Shown: positions 1-5,551 of the stretch, one piece after another
Numbering within the stretch: the stretch's first letter is position 1
Layout of the letters: each line of letters begins with the position of its first letter
From: Octopus sinensis
Lineage: Eukaryota
Length of the DNA stretch: 6,027 bases
Assembly (NCBI RefSeq): GCF_006345805.1
Contig: NW_021829484.1
Coordinates: 1-6,027, forward strand
Direction: 5' to 3'
Notes under the pieces: model-generated
Told to the model about the DNA's origin: nothing
Databases searched by the model: none
Seen by the model: the letters and a program-made list of their open reading frames with translations, nothing else
Program-made: the position numbers and the translations under genes

Positions 1-98
1 ACAAAAAAGAAAAAAGGAAAAAAAAAGGAAAGGACCAAAAGAAAAGAAAAATGAAAAAAGAAGACAAAAGAGGAAAAAAGGGGAAGAGGAAAAAAAAA
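1..98. repeat. A/G-rich polypurine low-complexity tract
   Basis: Almost entirely A and G, in runs such as AAAAAAGAAAAAAGGAAAAAAAAAGGAAAGG. Confidence 0.9.
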
Positions 99-148
99 CG
101 ATCAATAGGGATCGTGTATCACAGTGTCATGATGTATGGTGTAAAGGG

Positions 149-193
149 GATAGATAGATAGATAGATAGACAAACAGTCAGTCTGACAGACAG
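149..193. repeat. (GATA)5 microsatellite decaying into GACA/GTCA units
   Basis: GATA x5 at 149-168, followed by gacaaacagtcagtctgacagacag. Confidence 0.85.
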
Positions 194-409
194 TAAATGC
201 CACAGTTAGGAACGAGACCAACAAATGCTTGGATAAATGAGAATTGGCGTAGTTGAATCGGAAATAAATTTATTGCTTATTTTCCTCTCCCGTTCTGCCT
301 TCTTTAGTCCCGTTTAAAAGATACAATCTTTGGTTTTTATTTTGTTATCAGCAATAAAACTCCCTCGTTTTTCACTAACCCCAAGCTGGCCTGGGTTACC
401 TTCTCTCAC

Positions 410-437
410 CTGAATCTCGAGGATTAATTGCTCTCAC
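410..437 (-). other. Candidate 28-nt microexon / recursive splice site of an unidentified host gene
   Basis: Minus strand reads: branch-like ATTAAC (469-464), pyrimidine tract TTTCCTCCTTTTTTTCTATT, CCAG| at 441-438, then GTGAGAGCAATTAATCCTCGAGATTCAG, then donor-like |GTGAGA (409). A second donor-like AAG|GTAACC lies at 399. Only phase 0 is open (VRAINPRDS-G). No transcript or homology support is available. Confidence 0.25.
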
Positions 438-540
438 CTGGAATAGAAAAAAAGGAGGAAATTGTTAATCTCAAATAAAATATCTTACTGTTTTGTATAT
501 TTGTTTAGTTATTTATTTATTGTGTAAGTGTACGTAGAGG

Positions 541-714
541 TGTGTGTATGTATGTATGTATATGTGTATATATGTGTTTAGATGTTTGTATAATGCGTGT
601 GTATGTTTGTGTCTGTGTGTATATTTATGAAACGTATATGCATGTGCTTGAGTGCGTGTGTATAACTATTCGTATCGTGTGTATGTGTTTATGTATGCTT
701 GTGTGTGTGTGTGT
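541..714. repeat. Degenerate (TG)n/(TATG)n microsatellite
   Basis: Imperfect TG, TATG and TGTA repeats; the source of the C/V/Y/M-rich ORF 542..1117. Confidence 0.9.
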
Positions 715-912
715 ACGCCATGATAGATCGTTAGCTCCTACACGCATTTTTTCTCTCCTTGTTTTTTTTCTGTGTATCTTTCTGTCGAAGAGCGTAGGCT
801 CGAAACGTAAAAGACTTTTTCTATTTCTATTCCTGAGCGCCATACTCATACATTTGTTTGTTTGTACTCCACCTGCATTCCGTCTTTTGTTTATTTTCGT
901 AAACTTTCCCTT
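715..912 (+). mobile_element. Short dispersed-repeat-like element carrying a hammerhead motif (Penelope-like pseudo-LTR / retrozyme-like remnant)
   Basis: ~200 bp non-microsatellite island bounded by TG and TA tracts. It contains CTGNNGAAG-stem-CGAAACGT, the layout typical of Penelope-like-element hammerheads. The boundaries and repeat status are inferred, not measured. Confidence 0.5.
777..814 (+). ncRNA. Minimal type I hammerhead ribozyme-like motif (variant core)
   Basis: Stem I TCTTT(777-781)/AAAGA(810-814). Core CTGTCGA(782-788) plus an extra A789. Stem II GAGC(790-793)-GTAG-GCTC(798-801). GAAA(802-805). Palindromic minimal stem III ACGT(805-808). Predicted cleavage triplet GUA, 3' of A809. 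It differs from canonical CUGANGA by A6->U. Confidence 0.6.
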
Positions 913-944
<32 letters not shown>

Positions 945-956
945 TATATATGTATA

Positions 957-1040
<84 letters not shown>
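913..1040. repeat. (TA)n microsatellite, ~128 bp, slightly interrupted
   Basis: Near-pure TA repeat with a few TT/AA/TG interruptions. Confidence 0.97.
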
Positions 1041-1042
1041 AG

Positions 1043-1128
1043 TGTATGTGCGGTTGTATGTATGCATGTGTGTGTGGCTATGTGTGTATATGTATATGTG
1101 TGCATGTATGTGTATAACTCTGTGTGTA
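1043..1128. repeat. Degenerate (TG)n/(TATG)n microsatellite
   Basis: gtgtatgtgcggttgtatgtatgcatgtgtgtgtgg... pattern. Confidence 0.85.
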
Positions 1129-1646
1129 TTAGAAAGACGGAAAGAAACATATACATAACATACAGGAGAATTACCCCCGAGAGAAAGTCGACAAGGCGGA
1201 ACAAGACTGTTCTCACGATTCCTGGTCCTGCTTAAGATTCTGGAGAATTACTGTGAGGAGATTGAGAAGAAGCCGGCAGATACTGCATTTCCCGTCATGC
1301 AAATGAACACAGGATATAGTGTGAACATGTAGTGAAAATATTAAAACACTGTCACTATCTTTCCAAAATCCTGCTGCACTTCACATTGTGGCGTATAAGT
1401 CAACCTTACTTGTTTTTGGCTGTAAGTTTTCGTCTGGAAAATTCGACCTGTATGTCGGAAAATACAGTAGTCACAGGCCTCTCCCTGGCTCTCCGAGTCT
1501 TAAATCGATGTATGGACTAATCCGACCCTTAAATGGTGCATTTCATTTTATTGGTTTGAGAATTATGAGGGTACAATTGACGTTTAACTTCACGTCAGCC
1601 TTTATTGAATTCCACCTGTAGACCTACTATCAAATGGTATTCCACA

Positions 1647-1783
1647 TTAAAGACTGAAGAACTCTTCATAATAGTATCTCTTTCGAAGTAAGTCTAAGAA
1701 ATACAACCCTATCATGCCACAAGCATAACCGTCATCGCGTGATGCGAAGAACAGGTCAAACAATTCTAGATCATTATGTTTAA
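1647..1783 (-). CDS. Candidate terminal coding exon of an unidentified gene
   Basis: Minus strand: T-rich tract then CAG| (AG at 1785-1784). Only one of the three phases is open: (x)KHNDLELFDLFFASRDDGYACGMIGLYFLDLLRKRYYYEEFFSL*, TAA at 1649-1647. Downstream AATAAA occurs twice (plus TTTATT at 1601-1606 and 1547-1552). I do not recognise the protein. Confidence 0.3.
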
Positions 1784-1837
1784 CTGAAAAAAAAAAAAGA
1801 ATTATCGTAAAACAGCAAAGCTTTCATAGCACGCATA

Positions 1838-2003
1838 GTGATATTATTTTCTTTTAATTTTGACACAAAGCTAGCAGTTTTTATGGCTGGAGTAAGTCGA
1901 TTACATTGACTCCAACGCTTTTCTGGCACTTTATTTTATCGACCCCGAAAGAGTGAAAGGCAAAGTCGATATCGGTAAAATTTGAACTCTCAACGTAATG
2001 AAC
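1838..2003 (-). mobile_element. SINE family A (octopus OR2-like by recall), 5'-truncated diverged copy
   Basis: Reverse complement reads ...ACGTTGAGAGTTCAAATTTTACCGATATCGACTTTGCCTTTCACTCTTTCGGGGTCGATAAAATAAAGTGCCAG...GTCAATGTAATCGACTTA...CTTTGTGTCAAAATT, homologous to the plus copies at 2274 and 4597. Confidence 0.88.
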
Positions 2004-2007
2004 GTAC

Positions 2008-2226
2008 GATAATGATATTGGTTTCACATTTTGACACACGACCAGCGTTGTTGAGGGGAGGGGAATGTTGATTTCATCGACCCTAGTACTCAACTGGTAT
2101 TTATTTTTATCGACCCCTAAAGAATGAAAGACGAAGTCGATCTCGGCAGAGTTTGAATGCAAAGAAAGATGAAATGCCGCTAAGCGTTTTCCCCCCAGAG
2201 TGTTAACGATTCTGCCAGCTCGCCAC
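2008..2226 (-). mobile_element. SINE family A, near full-length diverged copy
   Basis: Reverse complement begins TGGCGAGCTGGCAGAATCGTTAAC (A-box-like), then ...GCATTCAAACTCTGCCGAGATCGACTTCGTCTTTCATTCTTTAGGGGTCGATAAAAATAAATACCAG..., and ends GTGTCAAAATGTGAAACCAATATCATT. Confidence 0.88.
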
Positions 2227-2273
2227 CCGCTTCCAGTAACATTGGATCGCTATATTATATTTCTGCTCTCTAA

Positions 2274-2515
2274 GGCGTTGAGCTGGCAGAAACGTTAGCA
2301 CGCCGGAGGAAATGCTTTGCAGTATTTCGTCCGTCTTTACGTTCTGAGTTCAAATTCCGCCGAGGTCGACTTTGCCTTTCATCCTTTCGGGGTCGATTAA
2401 ATAAGTACCAGTTACGCACTGGGGTCGATATAATCGACTTAATCCCTTTGTCTGTCCTTGCTTGTCCCCCCCCCCCCCGCCCTGTGTTTAGCCCCGTGTG
2501 GGTAGTAAAGAAATA
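2274..2515 (+). mobile_element. SINE family A, full-length tRNA-derived SINE
   Basis: Pol III A-box-like TGGCAGAAACG (2284-2294) and B-box GAGTTCAAATTCC (2346-2358). Body GAGGTCGACTTTGCCTTTCATCCTTTCGGGGTCGAT; tail TTTAGCCCCGTGTGGGTAGTAAAGAAATA. Closely matches 4597-4822 along its length. Confidence 0.93.
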
Positions 2516-2706
2516 AGAAACATTAGCACGCCGGGCGAGATGCTTAGCAGTATTTCGTCTGTCTTTACATTCTGAGTTCGACTTTGCCTTTCATCCTTTT
2601 GGGGTCGATAAATTAAGTACCAGTTGTGTACTGGGATCGATCTAATCGTCTGGCCCTCTCCCCCAAAAATTCGGACCTTGTGCCTAGAGTAGAAAAGAGG
2701 ATATTA
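2516..2706 (+). mobile_element. SINE family A, second subfamily; 5'-truncated with an internal deletion
   Basis: Starts AGAAACATTAGCACGCCGGGCG. Lacks AAATTCCGCCGAGGTC relative to the 2274 copy. Different tail: GGCCCTCTCCCCCAAAAATTCGGACCTTGTGCCTAGAGTAGAAAAG. Confidence 0.88.
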
Positions 2707-2714
2707 CAAACGCG

Positions 2715-2856
2715 TTCAATAAGGAGAACCGATTGGGCGTTAGACAAAATGACCCCGGCCTTTTACATTCGTAGTTCAAATCCTATCGAAGTCACCTTTA
2801 CCTTTACTCTTGTGGGCTCGATAAAATAAAGTACCAGTCATGTGTAGAAGTCGATA
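2715..2856 (+). mobile_element. SINE family A, highly degraded copy
   Basis: TTTTACATTCGTAGTTCAAATCCTATCGAAGTCACCTTTACCTTTACTCTTGTGGGCTCGATAAAATAAAGTACCAG aligns by eye to the family body. Confidence 0.7.
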
Positions 2857-2859
2857 TAA

Positions 2860-4055
2860 AACACATATTTGGTAATCTAATAAAGCATCCCTAATCCGCT
2901 AAAAACCACATGTATTGTAAAAAAAAAAAATATGTACACATTCTGGATAAGACTTCTAGAAAGATAATTCTATGAGTCCGCCTTCAATTTTGATGACTGT
3001 TTCAAGACGGGACTGAAAACCGTTAAAATGCCTACACCAAAATGATCTTCATTAGTTTTGGGCATCACCTGGACAACGGTGGCCCTCAGTAAAGCTTTGA
3101 TGTCGATTAGTCTCCCTTTCAACAACACTCTAAATGTAGTTGTTCGTGGGATTTAAAACTGGCGAATTTGCAGACCACAAGTTTGGTGTTAGATGATCGT
3201 AAAGATTGTCTAACATCCATATTTGGGTTACGTGGGCTTCGTTAGAAGGTGCTGAATCTTGTTGGAGCATGAATGAGCTTCCATTACGTCCTTCATCCAC
3301 CCAGGGCTTAACAACTGCCTCCGGTACCTCAACGTCTCCAGCAATATTAATTCTTAGACCCTGTGGTCAGATGTGAAATTGTGTGAAATTACCCTTGTTA
3401 TTCACCAATCCTAGAACACGGTTGACAGTAACTTTGTGTGCATCTGTCTGGGGAGATAAGAAGGGTCTGCTCATAGCCATCATCTGTCATTTCTCCTGTT
3501 AGACTTTTGGTCTTAGTTGATGTTTTTTTCGTCAGAGAAGGACCAAAATATGTCATGTCCACGCGGGTTTGAAACTTTGTTATGTAACCGCTTGGCACGG
3601 ATCAGACTAATTTGTTGTGTCTTTGTAGGCATGAATTAGCCCTCCCCTTGGTACATACGACATGTAAAGAATGTCCTCGTACACCACAGCTCTGGCAGTC
3701 CACTCCGACACTTGATGACCTTCGGCGATGGCTTTCAGTGATCATCATCGATAATGTTTCGAACCCGTCGGTGTCTTTATAATAAGTTTAGACTGATATT
3801 TTCTCTTCAAGCTTTCAATTCTATCCGAACTTTGTGTACGAAAGATCATATAACACATAGAAAGCTAGCAATTTCCAAATCGCTGTGTTTTGTACAAAAT
3901 GGCAACAAAGGATGTATGTCTTTTCATTTCTTGTTTTAACATTTTATCTGCTATAGGGGAGGGGAACTTAAAGGAAATAAAAGCCTTTTATTGGTTTCAA
4001 GAGAGTAGAGTGCTAATAATTAAATACTATCCTTAAATACTCCTTGCACACTGTA
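2860..4055 (-). mobile_element. Decayed Tc1/mariner DNA transposon, DD37D (maT-type)
   Basis: Contains the transposase remnant described in the next feature. A possible 5' terminus reads TA|CAGTGTGCAAGGAGTATTTAAGGATAG on the minus strand (TA at 4055-4054). No matching inverted terminus was found on the left, so both boundaries are approximate. Confidence 0.8.
2965..3927 (-). pseudogene. DD37D/maT Tc1-mariner transposase pseudogene
   Basis: Manual translation across frameshifts: MKRHTSFVA.. KHSDLEIASFL.. SFVHKVRIELKA*.. VRNIIDDD.. KAIAEGHQVSEWTARAVVYEDILYMSYV.. G*FMPTKTQQISLIRAKRLHNK.. FWSFSDEKNIN*DQKSNRRNDR*WL*ADPS.. MHTK.. VLGLVNNKG.. GLRIN.. VVKPWVD.. MLQQDSAPS.. LWSANSPVLNPTNNYI*SVVERETN.. 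FQSRLETVIKIEGGLIE. D1 codon at 3533-3531 and D2 at 3258-3256. Exactly 37 residues separate D2 from the third catalytic position (3144-3142), which here is AAC (N). Multiple stops, frameshifts and deletions. Confidence 0.93.
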
Positions 4056-4060
4056 GTACG

Positions 4061-4146
<86 letters not shown>

Positions 4147-4184
4147 TGCGCGTGTGTGTGTATGTATATATATATATATGTGTC

Positions 4185-4235
<51 letters not shown>

Positions 4236-4242
4236 GTATATA
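4061..4242. repeat. Compound (TA)n-(TG)n-(TA)n-(TG)n-(TA/TATG)n microsatellite
   Basis: Alternating purine-pyrimidine tract of ~180 bp, including a long near-perfect TG run. Confidence 0.97.
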
Positions 4243-4244
4243 GT

Positions 4245-4586
4245 GGAGGCGCAATGGCCCAGTGATTAGGGCAACGGTACTCACGGTCGTAGGATCGCGG
4301 TTTCGATTCTCAGAGCGGGCGTTGTGAGTGTTTATTGATAGCACACCCTGCTGTACTCTCTTTCACCACAACTTTCTCTCACTCTTTTTTCCTGTTTCTG
4401 TTGTACCTGTATGTCAAAAAGGCCAGCCTGGTCATATTCTGTGTCACGCTGAATCTCCCCAAGAACTACGTTAAGGGTATACGTGTCTGTAGAGTGCTCA
4501 GCCACTTACACGTTAATTTCACGAGCAGGCTGTTCCGTTGATCGGATCAACTGGAGCCCTCGTCGTCGTAACCGACGGAGTGCCAC
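4245..4586 (+). mobile_element. SINE family B, tRNA-derived (octopus OK-like by recall)
   Basis: tRNA-like head GGAGGCGCAATGGCCCAGTGATTAGGGCAACGG..., with A-box-like TGGCCCAGTGA (4255) and B-box-like GGTTTCGATTCTC (4299-4311). The tail ends ...GTTGATCGGATCAACTGGAGCCCTCGTCGTCGTAACCGACGGAGTGCCAC. The family name comes from recall only. Confidence 0.82.
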
Positions 4587-4596
4587 TATATCTATA

Positions 4597-4820
4597 TGAG
4601 CTGGCAGAATCGTTAGCACGCCGGGCGAAATGCGTAGCCGGATTTCGTCTGTCTTTACGTTCCGAGTTCAAATTCCACCGAGGTCGACTTTGCCTTTCAT
4701 CTTTTCGGGGTCGATAAATTAAGTACCAGTTACGCACAGGGGTCGATGTAATCGACTTAAACCCTTTGTCTGTCCTTGTTTGTCCCCTCTGTGTTTAGCC
4801 CCTTGTGTGTAGTAAAGAAA

Positions 4821-4822
<2 letters not shown>
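4597..4822 (+). mobile_element. SINE family A, near full-length
   Basis: TGAGCTGGCAGAATCGTTAGCACGCCGGGCG..., B-box GAGTTCAAATTCC (4664-4676), tail TTTAGCCCCTTGTGTGTAGTAAAGAAATA. Same subfamily as 2274-2515. Confidence 0.93.

Positions 4823-4863
<41 letters not shown>
4823..4863. repeat. (TA)n microsatellite between two SINEs
   Basis: Near-pure TA repeat. Confidence 0.95.
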
Positions 4864-4865
<2 letters not shown>

Positions 4866-5263
4866 CGCAGGAGTGGCTGTGGGTAAGTACTTTCAACCAA
4901 CCACATGGTTCCGGGTTCAATCCCACTGCGTGGCACCTTGGGCAAGTGTATTCTGCTATAGCCCCGGGCCGACCAATGCCTTGTGAGTGGATTTGGTAGA
5001 CGGAAACTGAAAAGAAGCCCGACGTATATATGTATATATATATGTATGTATGTGTTTGTGTGTCTGTGTTTGTCCCCTTATCATTGCTTGACAACCGATG
5101 CTGGTGTGTTTACGTCCCCGTCACTTAGCGGTTCGGCAAAAGAGACCGATAGAATAAGTACTGGGCTTACAAAGAATAAGTCCCGGGGTCGATTTGCTCG
5201 ACTAAAGCCGGTGCTCCAGCATGGCCACAGTCAAATGACTGAAACAAGTAAAAGAATAAAGAG
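4864..5263 (+). mobile_element. SINE family C, tRNA-derived CORE-SINE (octopus OR1-like by recall)
   Basis: Head GGCGCAGGAGTGGCTGTGGGTAAG, B-box GGTTCAATCCC (4914-4924), then CCTTGGGCAAGT (4936-4947), which matches the start of the MIR/CORE domain. Internal TA/TG tract at ~5024-5068. Tail GGCCACAGTCAAATGACTGAAACAAGTAAAAGAATAAAGAG. Confidence 0.88.
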
Positions 5264-5311
5264 TATATACATATATATATATATGGCCTCAATGTAAGTC
5301 TGGCTAACCAG

Positions 5312-5549
5312 CTTTTGTCTTTCTTCCTTATTTTTCTTTCTGACCCCCCCTCCACTTATCTATTTCTCTTGTTTCTTTCTTTCTTTCCATCTCCCCCTTC
5401 TCCCCTCCCCCCATTCTTCCAACGCAACCCAAGGTTTTTCTTTCATTCATCTTCTTCGTTGTTCTTTATCAATTTCTTCTTCTCCTTCCTCCTCCATCTC
5501 CCTCCTCCCTCTTCTCTTCTATCTTGTGCATTAATCCTAATCGTTTCCT
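5312..5549. repeat. C/T-rich polypyrimidine low-complexity tract
   Basis: Dominated by TTC/CTC/CCT units; gives the F/L/S/P-rich start of ORF 5315..5809. Confidence 0.85.
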
Positions 5550-5551
5550 CC

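Noticed and set aside
278-529. Plus-strand acceptor (TTCTTTAG at 300-307) and donor GTAAGT (524-529)
   Set aside because: The intervening AT-rich sequence has stops and no protein-like frame, so it cannot be supported as an exon.
629-636. GAAACGTA, identical to the 3' half of the hammerhead core
   Set aside because: No upstream CUGNNGA or stem II; probably chance within the TG/TA tract.
542-1117. 191-aa ORF, the longest in the track
   Set aside because: Composition (CV/YI/YM repeats) is a direct translation of TG and TA microsatellites.
1653-1690. Second hammerhead candidate CTGAAGAA...CGAAG
   Set aside because: No stem II pairing, GAAG instead of GAAA, and no stem I.
1622-1693. Alternative plus-strand 66-nt exon (TGTAG|...GAA|GTAAGT)
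   Set aside because: Weak pyrimidine tract and an unremarkable peptide (PTIKWYSTLKTEELFIIVSLS). It overlaps the better-supported minus-strand candidate and cannot be excluded without RNA data.
1787-1798. Poly(A) run as the tail of a plus-strand retrocopy
   Set aside because: No nearby upstream AATAAA and no target-site duplication; it is better explained as the minus-strand polypyrimidine tract.
1881-2829. ORFs 1881..2162 and 2626..2829, with an apparent internal repeat (DIDFAFHSFGVDK)
   Set aside because: They are chance open frames through tandem SINE copies; the repeat is the SINE body. The same applies to 4519..4737, 4757..4945, 4795..5094, 4983..5297 and 5167..5355.
1838-2856. CRISPR-like repeat-spacer array (recurring GGGGTCGAT)
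   Set aside because: The recurrences are internal SINE motifs with irregular spacing in a eukaryotic context.
3398-3939. ORFs 3398..3598 (-) and 3754..3939 (+)
   Set aside because: Off-frame and antisense readings of the transposase pseudogene.
4245-4320. tRNA gene at the SINE heads (also 4864-4930 and 2274-2360)
   Set aside because: A/B boxes are present, but there is no complete cloverleaf or acceptor stem, and each head continues into a SINE body.
4033-4344. ORFs 4033..4344, 4044..4265 and 4078..4269
   Set aside because: Translations of the TA/TG microsatellite and SINE head.
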